64,000 bases of DNA from Promethearchaeota archaeon. Lineage in GTDB: Archaea > Asgardarchaeota > Lokiarchaeia > Sigyniarchaeales > SOKP01. How positions within the stretch are numbered: position 1 is the first letter of the stretch; every line of letters starts with the position of its first letter. Position numbers and translations under genes: made by a program. This document shows, piece after piece, positions 18,968 to 28,428 of the stretch. Location: positions 128,001-192,000 of the forward strand of contig JAHPZJ010000030.1 in NCBI GenBank assembly GCA_019058245.1, given 5' to 3'. The notes below the pieces were generated by a model, which saw only the letters and a list, made by a program, of their open reading frames with translations, made no database searches and was not told the DNA's origin.

Positions 18968-20731
18968 ATGAAATTTAAAAATCCAATATTATTAATTTTG
19001 ACCTTTTTTTTGGTGAGTTGCATTACCAAATTTGATTTAAATGATACTACCTACAATTTTACCTCTTCAAAAGAATTAAAGTTAGGAAATGTTAACACAA
19101 ATGGAGAGGTAGATTACTTAATCATTACTACCGAGATTTTTGAATCTATCCTTGAGCCTTTGGCGATTTGGAAAACACAAAAAGGTATAATTTCTAAAAT
19201 TGAACTTGTCAGCGATATTGACCAAACATACGAAGGGATGAACCTTCCTGAAAAAATAAAAAACTGTATTTCAGACTATCACAGCAATAACTGTACGCAA
19301 TGGGTTCTTTTAGCAGGTGATCATAATCACATTCCAACAAAATACATAACTTGCTATGATGGATATTCTAACGATGGTGATGTTGTTTGTTGTGATTCAT
19401 ATTATGGAGATATAAATAACGATTGGACTCAAACTAATTTCGATTATAAAATGGAGCTTTATGTAGGACGCTTAACAGCTAATAATAAAAATGAAATGCA
19501 ATCTTTGGTTCAAAGGATATTAAATTACGAGAAAAATCCACCTATCGGAGCATGGATGTCTCATGCTTTATTAGCTGGTGCTATTCTTCAATTTGATCAA
19601 GATTGGAATGATGATAATCTTTTAGATTATGCAGAATGTGATGCTAATCGATTTAATAATTATATTAATGATACTATATTACCTAATGGGTGGTCTAGTG
19701 TCCTTCTTGCCCAAAATCTAGGTATTAAAGGAAGTGATTATCAAAATGATTTTAATTTAGATTACGTTCATCTTAAAGATGCAATTAATCAAGGTTGTAG
19801 TATTGGTAATATTTATGTTCACGGTAGACCTCAAAGTATGAGTATTGGTAAATGGACTGAAGACTTAGACGGAGATATGTTAGTTGATTATACTGAAGAT
19901 CCTTATTTAGGTGGTGTAGCGATTGATAATATATCATGGGAAATCCTTTTCGATACAAGTTTTACAGATCTGCTGCAAGAAGATAAATTAGGTTTATATT
20001 TTTTAGGTAGTTGCTCTGTTGGAACTTTTGATGATGAGAACGATTGTATTGCGGAATACTTTCTAAAAAATTTAGCAATTGGCTGCGTTGCTGAAAGTTA
20101 TGTAGCCTGGGGGGAAGATCAATGGTATGAACGTGAACATGGGGGTTGGTTTATTGAAGGATTGGGATTTCGCTTTTTAGAACAAATTTTTAAATACAAT
20201 CAGCCTGGAAAAGCTTTAGCATTAGCTAAAGCAGATTATGTTGCAGATAGAATTGTCTCTCCTGAAAAGAATGAATATACTGAATGGGGAAATAAAACAC
20301 TCAAACAATATAATTTATTGGGTGATCCTGAATGCCCAATTTGGTTTTCAGTTCCTAAACAACTTAATGTAACTATTGACCAGCCATTTGATGATATTAG
20401 AAATACTATGATCCTTAAGGTGACCGCTGATGATGTTCCAGTTCAAAATGTTACTATTACCTATACTGAGAATAATATTCTCATTTGGAAAGGCAAAACT
20501 AATGAAAATGGAACGATCGAAATACCTTTCTCTCAAATAAAAATGAATAATTATGTTTTTACAGCAAGTAATAATGGATATCTCCCATTTCAAGATAATA
20601 TTCCACAAATTACAGATTCAAGAGCAATACCAGGATTTCATGCCATTATAATTTCATTTATTATACTATCCTTTATTGGTCTTATCTCTATTTATTATAC
20701 ATATCCTCAAATGAAGAGAGAGTATGATTAA
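18968..20731 (+). CDS. Peptidase C25 (gingipain-like), secreted, with IPGF-TM C-terminal anchor
   Basis: Signal peptide, DYLIIT, WVLLAGD, VGRL, catalytic HG and SC, YNLLGDP; ends in IPGF plus a hydrophobic helix. Confidence 0.88.
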   Translation: MKFKNPILLILTFFLVSCITKFDLNDTTYNFTSSKELKLGNVNTNGEVDYLIITTEIFESILEPLAIWKTQKGIISKIELVSDIDQTYEGMNLPEKIKNCISDYHSNNCTQWVLLAGDHNHIPTKYITCYDGYSNDGDVVCCDSYYGDINNDWTQTNFDYKMELYVGRLTANNKNEMQSLVQRILNYEKNPPIGAWMSHALLAGAILQFDQDWNDDNLLDYAECDANRFNNYINDTILPNGWSSVLLAQNLGIKGSDYQNDFNLDYVHLKDAINQGCSIGNIYVHGRPQSMSIGKWTEDLDGDMLVDYTEDPYLGGVAIDNISWEILFDTSFTDLLQEDKLGLYFLGSCSVGTFDDENDCIAEYFLKNLAIGCVAESYVAWGEDQWYEREHGGWFIEGLGFRFLEQIFKYNQPGKALALAKADYVADRIVSPEKNEYTEWGNKTLKQYNLLGDPECPIWFSVPKQLNVTIDQPFDDIRNTMILKVTADDVPVQNVTITYTENNILIWKGKTNENGTIEIPFSQIKMNNYVFTASNNGYLPFQDNIPQITDSRAIPGFHAIIISFIILSFIGLISIYYTYPQMKREYD

Positions 20732-20737
20732 TCTAAT

Positions 20738-21040
20738 TTATTTTAAATTTTTTTTTAATTCTTCAACCTTTCTTATAAATTCATCAAATTGAGTTTGTTT
20801 TATGGTTTGAGAGCTTATATTTAAAATTAGATCTAAAAAATCTTTGATAAGAGGATGTTGCAATATCACACATTTTTGATTTAGCGTATTTACTTCTAAA
20901 ATTAAAGCAGAATCTAATTTATCTCCCATACCTAATACATCTTTAAAAACTAATTCATGAGTGTCTGTATAAGATATAACCAAAATATCTTCTGCTATTT
21001 GAGAGTTATCACTTTTATTTATTATTTTAAATTCACACAT
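20738..21040 (-). CDS. cooT: CooT family nickel-binding protein
   Basis: N-terminal MCE and EDI...KDVLG pattern; divergent from cdhB. Confidence 0.75.
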   Translation of the reverse strand: MCEFKIINKSDNSQIAEDILVISYTDTHELVFKDVLGMGDKLDSALILEVNTLNQKCVILQHPLIKDFLDLILNISSQTIKQTQFDEFIRKVEELKKNLK

Positions 21041-21184
21041 TAATCTATTTTCACATCTCTGAAATTCATAAAATGATTAATTTTAAGTTAAATTTAATAA
21101 AAACAATTTTTTTAAATTGTCCTTAATAATTCTAAGTATAACAACTATTTTAAAAGTTCTAGCTAAAAATAAAAACAGAGGAAA

Positions 21185-21724
21185 TTGAGTGAAATGGCAC
21201 GTCCATATCAAAAAGCTAACATCCCAGGCCCTGAAATGGGTACTTCTGTCTCAGATCCGATAGTAATGGCTAATTTACTTAAAACACCTAAGAAGGCTAT
21301 TTTCGTTATTGGTGCTGAATCATTAACTTGGGAACTTGATGGCAAAAAACTTGCAGATTATTTTATAGAAATTGCAAACAAAATTGACTGTCATGTAGTG
21401 TCTACAGGACATGCATATAGTTATCTAAAAGATAAAATCACTGATAATAAATTATATGATATGTCCTTGATAAATATTACAAACCGTTTATCCGATAAAG
21501 ATTGGGCAGGATTAGATGGAGAAGGACAATATTCAATGGCCATATTTGGGGGACATATAGTATTTTATGTATCTCAAACATTGTCAAGGCTTAAAAATTT
21601 TACAAATTGGTTAAGAACAATTGATTTAGATAAATATTCTCATCCAAATGCTAGATTTAGTTTACCAAATCTAAGCGAAGAAGATTGGAAAAGATTTCTA
21701 GAAAATTTGATTAAAAATTTATAA
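21185..21724 (+). CDS. cdhB: CODH/acetyl-CoA synthase complex epsilon subunit
   Basis: PYQKANIPGP, WAGLDGEGQY, LSRLKNF, HPNARFSLPNL. Confidence 0.92.
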   Translation: MSEMARPYQKANIPGPEMGTSVSDPIVMANLLKTPKKAIFVIGAESLTWELDGKKLADYFIEIANKIDCHVVSTGHAYSYLKDKITDNKLYDMSLINITNRLSDKDWAGLDGEGQYSMAIFGGHIVFYVSQTLSRLKNFTNWLRTIDLDKYSHPNARFSLPNLSEEDWKRFLENLIKNL

Positions 21725-21759
21725 ATATAATAAAGAAAAAATGTGAGGAGATTTAATAT

Positions 21760-23199
21760 ATGAGTTTTAGTGACATTCCTGTAGATGTTGGACCTGTATA
21801 CGAAGGTGAACGTATTAGAGGTAATCAGATGTACGTCGAACTTGGGGGTCCAAAAATAGAAAAACATTTTGAGCTTGTAAGAGTGAAAGCAGAAAAAGAA
21901 ATTGAGGATGGAAAAGTTACTCTTATCGGTCCAGATATAAAAGATATGGAATTAGGTTCTAGACATCCAATCGGTATTTTAGTTGAAGTAGCTGGCCCTG
22001 AGCTTGAGGAGGACCTAGAAGCCGTATTTGAGCGAAGGGTTCATGAGTTCTGCAATTTCGTGAATGGAATTATGCATTTGAACCAAAGGTATACGAACTG
22101 GATGAGGCTTTCTAAAACAGCTGTTGAAAAAGGATTTAATTCTTTTCAACTGCTTGGAACTGTCTTAATTAGATTGTATAAAGCTGAACTACCAATTATA
22201 AAAAAAGCTCAAGTCACCATCTATACTGATCCGAAAAAAATAGAAGAGCCTTATGAAATGGCAATGAAGATTTACGAGAAACGGGATGAAAGAGCTCGTA
22301 GTATAAATGATGAAGATGTAGATATGTTCTATGGCTGTGTTTTGTGTCAGAGTTTTGCTCCAACTCATGCTTGTTGTATTACACCAAATCGAATGAGTTT
22401 ATGTGGCTCCATTTCATGGTTTGATGCCAGAGCTGCAGCACGTGTAGACCCAAAGGGGCCTCTTTATGAAGTACCTCCTGGTGAAACAATAAATGAATTA
22501 GCAGGTGAATTTTCTGGAGTTAATGAAATGATTAAAAAACGTTCACTAGGAGAGATCGATAGAATTTATCTTTATTCTGGAATGGAGTTCCCTCATACTA
22601 GTTGTGGTTGTTTTGAAGCAATTGACTTCTTTCTTCCTGAAACTGGTGCGGGTCACGGAATTATTGATCGAAATTTTGATGGGGTCGCTATTAATGGTCT
22701 TCCTTTTAGTGCAATGGCTAATCAGACTGGTGGAGGAAAACAAATGCCAGGGTTTAATGGTATAAGTATACAATACATTACATCACCCAAATATCAAAAG
22801 TATGATGGAATTAAAGCAGGACTTAAGTCAGGAATTTACACCATAGTATGGATGGGTAAAGGTGTTAAAGAACGAGTTTATGAATACCTTCCAGAAGACT
22901 TACGAGATAAAATTGCAACTGAAGAAGAAGTTTCTGATTTAAGTGAATTACCGGCATGGTTAGAAAATGTTGGGCATCCAATTGTAGAAACTGAGGAATA
23001 TAAAGTTGCAGTAGGTGGAATAGAGGAAGAAGAGGAGGAATGGGAAGAAGAAGGCGCTATGGTTCCTATGGGAACTGTTGGAATGACTATTCCTGGAGTT
23101 GGTGGAGCGGGTGGATTTAAAGTAATCTTAAAGAATTGCAAAATTCATGCTGAATCAATAACAATTAAAAAAATTGAACCTAAACGAAAGAAAAAATAA
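21760..23199 (+). CDS. cdhC: Acetyl-CoA synthase (ACDS beta subunit)
   Basis: VGPVYEGERIR, FYGCVLCQSFAPTH, SLCG, PHTSCGCFE, followed by an acidic linker and the ILKNCKIHAE tail. Confidence 0.96.
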   Translation: MSFSDIPVDVGPVYEGERIRGNQMYVELGGPKIEKHFELVRVKAEKEIEDGKVTLIGPDIKDMELGSRHPIGILVEVAGPELEEDLEAVFERRVHEFCNFVNGIMHLNQRYTNWMRLSKTAVEKGFNSFQLLGTVLIRLYKAELPIIKKAQVTIYTDPKKIEEPYEMAMKIYEKRDERARSINDEDVDMFYGCVLCQSFAPTHACCITPNRMSLCGSISWFDARAAARVDPKGPLYEVPPGETINELAGEFSGVNEMIKKRSLGEIDRIYLYSGMEFPHTSCGCFEAIDFFLPETGAGHGIIDRNFDGVAINGLPFSAMANQTGGGKQMPGFNGISIQYITSPKYQKYDGIKAGLKSGIYTIVWMGKGVKERVYEYLPEDLRDKIATEEEVSDLSELPAWLENVGHPIVETEEYKVAVGGIEEEEEEWEEEGAMVPMGTVGMTIPGVGGAGGFKVILKNCKIHAESITIKKIEPKRKKK

Positions 23200-23460
23200 A
23201 TTACTTACTTATTTTTATTCTTTTTTTTTGAGATTCTTAATTTAACTACAAAATTGGTTTTAAGTTAATTTAATTAATTAATAATCAATTTGTAGAAATA
23301 TTTAAAGAGAAATAAATATTGTTTATAATATTCAATTATTGCATTAGTTAAAGTTTTCATATTTAATTATAGGTTGAGGATATTATAGATCTATAAGGTC
23401 TAAGATTATTTTATATTAATTTCTTCTTAATTATAAGAATTAGAAATGAAAGTGTAGGTT

Positions 23461-23994
23461 ATGGGAGAGTTAGCTTATAAGATTTGCATTTTTGGAGAAA
23501 CTTGTGTAGGTAAAACTACATTAGCTCGAAGGTATCTAAAGGGATATTTTGAGGAAAATATTCTAATTACTATGGGAGCAGAGATTTTTGTTAAATTTAT
23601 AGAAATAGAAGATACTAAAATTGTATTACAAATATGGGATTTTGGAGGGGAAACTATATTTAATTTTTTATTGCCTTTATATTCAAGAGGTGCTTCTGGA
23701 GGAATCTTTATGTTTGATCTTTCCAGATCTGAGACCTTAGAGAGAATTGGAGAATGGATAGAGTGTTTTAAGCGGGACTTACCTACTGAAAAACAAGAAG
23801 TTCCAATTTTATTGGTTGGAGGTAAATCTGATCTTAAAGATCAAACAAGTATTTCCCAGGAAGAGGCAAATAGAACAGCTCAACGATATAATCTATTAGA
23901 ATATATTGAATGTTCATCCAAAACAGGAGAAAATGTTGAAAAAATATTTGATACTTTAGTAAGAAGGATATTAGGAAATATTTATTTAACATAA
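23461..23994 (+). CDS. Rab-like small GTPase
   Basis: G1 GETCVGKTT, G2 TMG, G3 LQIWDFGGE, G4 GKSD, G5 CSSK. No C-terminal prenylation Cys. Confidence 0.93.
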   Translation: MGELAYKICIFGETCVGKTTLARRYLKGYFEENILITMGAEIFVKFIEIEDTKIVLQIWDFGGETIFNFLLPLYSRGASGGIFMFDLSRSETLERIGEWIECFKRDLPTEKQEVPILLVGGKSDLKDQTSISQEEANRTAQRYNLLEYIECSSKTGENVEKIFDTLVRRILGNIYLT

Positions 23995-24108
23995 ATGGTT
24001 AAATACTCTGTTTAAATATTTATTATTAAATTCATTTTTCTCCAAGGAGAATAATATTAGAAAATTTAAATTCAGTTAATAAAAATCTTTTTTATCTGTT
24101 ATATAAAT

Positions 24109-25254
24109 ATGTTTTCTCAAATTCAAATTGATAAAGAAATTCAATTTATAGCTTATTTATTACCTGTGATGATAGGGGTTCAATTAGCAATTTACTTTTT
24201 TTTCCAATATCAAAAAACGCGAGATAAAAACCTTCCATTAAATAGAATTTTATTAGCATTTGGTTCATTTATATTATTTATAATATTAGGTCCATTGTTG
24301 ATACAAATATCAAGAAATTTTATTGAAAATCATATATTACATGAAATAGTTACCAGAATAGGTTGGTTTTTTAGTTTTTTTTCAACCATAAGTGTTTCTT
24401 TTTTTATAATTACCAAAGAATTTTCAACAATAATCAATATAAAAATCGCTAGAGCGTTAATGATTTTAAATTTTGTACCGATTGTAATTCTTTTTTTAGT
24501 ACCATCTCTGCTTTCACCCTTTTTTATCAGCAGTATTTTTTTTGCTATATTAAATGGTTTTTATATAATACGATTTCAAATAATTATGATTAGTAAGTCA
24601 GTGGGAAGTATAAAGAAAAAATTTAAACTGTTTCTATTCGGTACACTAATAAGTTTTTTTGCTTTAATCTTTGCCGTTTTTGTAGGATTAGGTGTTTTAC
24701 CATCAGTTATTAATGAAATATTCTATTTCACTGGAATTTGTGAATTAGGTATTGGATTTATTATTATATCATTTTCTGTATATAATTTTCCTCCTTTTTA
24801 TGAATTTGAATGGAGGAATAATCTCCTTAAATTATTTATTATTGATCAAAAAAATAAGAATTGCCTTTATAGTTATGATTTCATTGAAAAATTAAAGGAA
24901 AGAAATGATCAGAATCAAGACCTTCTCTATGAATTTAATAAACTATTTTCTAAAGGTATTCTTGGAATCGACACAATTATTAAAACAATAACAGACACTA
25001 AAGATAAGAGTATAAATAAAATTGAAAAAGGCGAGTCTCATATTTTTTTGGAGTATGGGCAACCACCATTCTCTTTAACTTTTGTTTTAATTGTTAAAGT
25101 TGATTTGATTAGCACTCACCACCTTCTTAAATCAATAAAAAGTAGGTTTGAATCATTTTTTAAAGAAATTTTATTAAATTTAAATATCTTGAATGAAGAA
25201 TCTTCACAATTATTTAGAAGTTTTGACAATATTATGAATCAAATCTTACAATAG
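24109..25254 (+). CDS. 7TM membrane protein with C-terminal longin-like domain
   Basis: Seven hydrophobic segments, then PPFYEFEW followed by LFIID...CLYSYDF...LFSKGILGI...F..FF (longin-like pattern). Confidence 0.65.
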   Translation: MFSQIQIDKEIQFIAYLLPVMIGVQLAIYFFFQYQKTRDKNLPLNRILLAFGSFILFIILGPLLIQISRNFIENHILHEIVTRIGWFFSFFSTISVSFFIITKEFSTIINIKIARALMILNFVPIVILFLVPSLLSPFFISSIFFAILNGFYIIRFQIIMISKSVGSIKKKFKLFLFGTLISFFALIFAVFVGLGVLPSVINEIFYFTGICELGIGFIIISFSVYNFPPFYEFEWRNNLLKLFIIDQKNKNCLYSYDFIEKLKERNDQNQDLLYEFNKLFSKGILGIDTIIKTITDTKDKSINKIEKGESHIFLEYGQPPFSLTFVLIVKVDLISTHHLLKSIKSRFESFFKEILLNLNILNEESSQLFRSFDNIMNQILQ

Positions 25255-25263
25255 TAAAGAAAA

Positions 25264-26382
25264 ATGATGTATATCGAATTTCCAATAACAGGTCCATTTA
25301 GATTTATATTATTAATAATGGAATCGATTTTTGCTTTTTTTTCTCTTGAAATTGGGATAATTTTTTTAATTAAATATAAAAAGCAACCCAAAAATCTTAA
25401 AAACTCACAAGATTTAGCATTTGCTTCTTTATTTTTTGGATTTTCAGTATCAAAAATTTTATTTATAATTGCTAGCTACTATTTATCCGAGAATAGAATT
25501 TCTCCTTTTTTGATTTGGGCAGAGGGGAGTTATCGACAACTTTTATTTAATTTTGGGTTTTTTTCAATACTTATAAGTAATTTAATGTTTTCATTTTTTA
25601 TAGAAAAAAATAAAAAATTCTTTTTTAAGAAGTATTTTTTTACAATAAGTTTTATTATCCTGTTATTTTTGTTTTCTGTTTTATTTTTCAATAATTTATT
25701 ATTTATTCATTCACTTTCAGCTGTTTCATGGCCTTTATTTACTATTTTATTTATGCTATATGTAAGAGATCTTGGTAGAAAATCAAGAAAACAAGAAATT
25801 CTTTCAAAGAGTTTCTTAAAAGGCACAATAATTATACTGCTTATTTTGATAGGATACGTTTTTTCGATGGATTTAATTCTTCAAGTTTTTGGTCTTATAA
25901 TAAGATTTATTGGAATTACCTTCCAACTAATAGCGATTGCTCTAATATTCATTTTTTTTAGAAAAATCCCCCCTTTCTTTGAATTTGACTGGGAAGATAA
26001 AATTGAAGACATTTATATATTAAATAATACAGGGATATGTTTATTTGCTTATTCCTTTTCAAGTAAGACTAAGATCTTAGAAAATCAAATCGTCACAGGA
26101 ACGTTAGCTTCAATGAATATAATGCTTAATGAACTAATTAAAAGCAAATCTAATGAAATTTCTATTATAAAGAAATATGAGAAAATTGTAATTCTTTTTT
26201 CGGGCAATTTTACAACTGGAGTATTAATTTGTAAAGAAGATTTGAAATTTTTTATTCATAATCTTAGGAAATTAATTTTAAAGATTGAAGAAATTTATGG
26301 TAGTATCTTTACTAAATGGAAAGGAGATCTAACTATATTTTATCCAGTAAAAAATATTATAGAAGAGATTTTTTCGACATAA
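25264..26382 (+). CDS. 7TM membrane protein with C-terminal longin-like domain (paralogue of the preceding gene)
   Basis: Seven hydrophobic segments, PPFFEFDW, then IYILNNTGICLFAYSF...VTGTL...WKGD..F. Confidence 0.7.
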   Translation: MMYIEFPITGPFRFILLIMESIFAFFSLEIGIIFLIKYKKQPKNLKNSQDLAFASLFFGFSVSKILFIIASYYLSENRISPFLIWAEGSYRQLLFNFGFFSILISNLMFSFFIEKNKKFFFKKYFFTISFIILLFLFSVLFFNNLLFIHSLSAVSWPLFTILFMLYVRDLGRKSRKQEILSKSFLKGTIIILLILIGYVFSMDLILQVFGLIIRFIGITFQLIAIALIFIFFRKIPPFFEFDWEDKIEDIYILNNTGICLFAYSFSSKTKILENQIVTGTLASMNIMLNELIKSKSNEISIIKKYEKIVILFSGNFTTGVLICKEDLKFFIHNLRKLILKIEEIYGSIFTKWKGDLTIFYPVKNIIEEIFST

Positions 26383-26687
26383 ACATTGATGTGAAGGAAT
26401 AACTCTCATATAACATATTTCTAATTGTATATTGTATTCTTTAATATGAAAATGAAAAAAAATTCAATAATTTATATGAAAGCATGAATTAGATTATTTA
26501 TTAGCGATGAAATCTGAACTTAAGATTAATTTTTCAAAAGTCAAAATCGTATAAATTCATTTTCAAATTATATATTCATTTCGAGATCATAATTAAAAAC
26601 GACAATAATAAATAGAAAATCAAAGACAATTGTATTATCTAATTTAATTTTTTTTCAAAATTGATAATATGATGTTGGGATATTAAA

Positions 26688-27407
26688 ATGTCGTTTTATC
26701 AACTGAGTATTCCAAGATTTTTTACAGTATATATTGCTCAAGGAGCAATGTTTTTTTATTTTATTTTTTTAATCTATAAAATTCTTAAGCGCGATACAAA
26801 ACGATTGAACGTAATATTTACTGGATTTTATCTTGGTAACGTTATCGGATTTTTTGTAAATTTTATCTATGCTCCTATGACAGATGCAGATCTTGTCCTT
26901 ATAATGCATGGTATAACGACATTTTTTGCTTTTTATTCACCAATTTTTATTTTAGTATTTGAATTAATGTTGCTGAAACCAGAAAAAGTTATTAATACTA
27001 AAAAGCAACTTGCAATATTAGGTGCCTACGCGATTGTTCTTTCTTTTATGTGGATTTTCCTCTTCACAGAAGGATGGGGTGTAGAAATTGGACCTCCAAA
27101 TTGGACACCTCATTGGATGTTTCCTTTTTTTCTTTTTTTTGTGTCTATTGTAACTATATGTGTAGTGGTACCATCTTTTTATATTTCATATAAAATATTT
27201 AAGAAATTTGAAGATGTCCAATTGAAAAGAAAATGGAAATCTTTTATAATCGGATTAGGGGCTTTTTATATTTGTGGATATAGTGTTTTTATTTCTAATT
27301 TTTTAGATGAACCAATTTTTAGAGCTGTAATAGGAATAACAGATTTGATTCTGATTATTTCTGGGGCTTATTTAATGTATATCGGTGTAGGACGTCAATT
27401 AGAGTGA
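26688..27407 (+). CDS. Stand-alone 7TM membrane protein (HisKA_7TM-like)
   Basis: Seven hydrophobic helices; shares YKILKR..RLN, PxW and LK.KWK motifs with 29697-30449. Confidence 0.75.
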   Translation: MSFYQLSIPRFFTVYIAQGAMFFYFIFLIYKILKRDTKRLNVIFTGFYLGNVIGFFVNFIYAPMTDADLVLIMHGITTFFAFYSPIFILVFELMLLKPEKVINTKKQLAILGAYAIVLSFMWIFLFTEGWGVEIGPPNWTPHWMFPFFLFFVSIVTICVVVPSFYISYKIFKKFEDVQLKRKWKSFIIGLGAFYICGYSVFISNFLDEPIFRAVIGITDLILIISGAYLMYIGVGRQLE

Positions 27408-27608
27408 ATAAATTTAGAGCATATTATAGCGCCATTATCTGCGGGAACACATCATATAAAATTTTTATTGTGGTCAGAGGGAAAAGTAGCCCAAGACCTT
27501 AAGTTTATAGCTTCATCTCCCACAACAAGTCGCACTTATAATATAAATCGTATGTTAATTGTACAAGAAAATGTTCACTGTCAATTATTCGCTCCAATAG
27601 GTTCTTAA
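27408..27608 (+). pseudogene. Start-less fragment resembling the C-terminus of a beta-sandwich surface protein
   Basis: INLEHIIAPLSAGTHHIKFLLWS...NRMLIVQE resembles LSTGSHTVTVQ...NCLLLVN in 49680-50219. In frame after the upstream TGA. Confidence 0.4.
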
Positions 27609-27920
27609 AGAATCCAGCTTAATAATCAATAATATAAATTTTTTATTTATTTAGCCTTCTCTAACCTAAATTATTGTCGTTATCTTTGAATAGAAAATTC
27701 TATTATTTTTAATTTTTATTTCTTTTTTATTTAAATAATAATTTATAGAAACACTTTAAGTGTTTGACTAATTCATTTTTAAGGTCTTTGTTGTACTATT
27801 AAAACGAATTATCTCCAGAAATGAATAAATTTAAATACTAAGATTTTGTCGTTTGTTACTGTCATTCTACTAAGGATATACATTCATTATATTATAAGCT
27901 ATTTAACTCCATAGTTTAAA

Positions 27921-28376
27921 ATGCTAATTAGAGAAGCTGGTATAATCTTTCAAGGAATTCCAATTATTTTTACTAGTTATCATAGGGCTAGTAAGGAAAA
28001 AACAAATTTAACTTGTTCAAGTGGATTATTAGGTGGACTTCTTAATTTTGCTGAATGCCTAATGGAACCGATAGAATATTTTGAAAGTGATAAATATTCC
28101 ATAATTTTTAAAAAAGGAACGATAAGGGATTTCTTTGGGGATCTCCAGGAAATTATTGCTTATATTGTTATAGATAAGGACGAAAGACTTGAAAAATATT
28201 TAAATAAAACAATTTTTCCTTTGTTAAAGAAAATATTAAAAAAATTCATTTCTCATTTTAATGGGTGCAATTTGACTAAATCAAACCAATTTGAAAGTTT
28301 TAAAAATATCCTTGACAAGTTGTTTAATGTTAGTACGTTGACTTTTGAAGAAAGGGTTGTGTCTTTACTAACTTGA
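27921..28376 (+). CDS. Small longin-like domain protein
   Basis: IREAGIIFQGIPI...SGLLGGLLNFAE...IEYFE...ILKKFISHF..C..F pattern. Confidence 0.55.
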   Translation: MLIREAGIIFQGIPIIFTSYHRASKEKTNLTCSSGLLGGLLNFAECLMEPIEYFESDKYSIIFKKGTIRDFFGDLQEIIAYIVIDKDERLEKYLNKTIFPLLKKILKKFISHFNGCNLTKSNQFESFKNILDKLFNVSTLTFEERVVSLLT

Positions 28377-28428
28377 ATATTACTCTAACTTAAGTAATAA
28401 TATACAATAAGACGAAGTATCTAAAATT

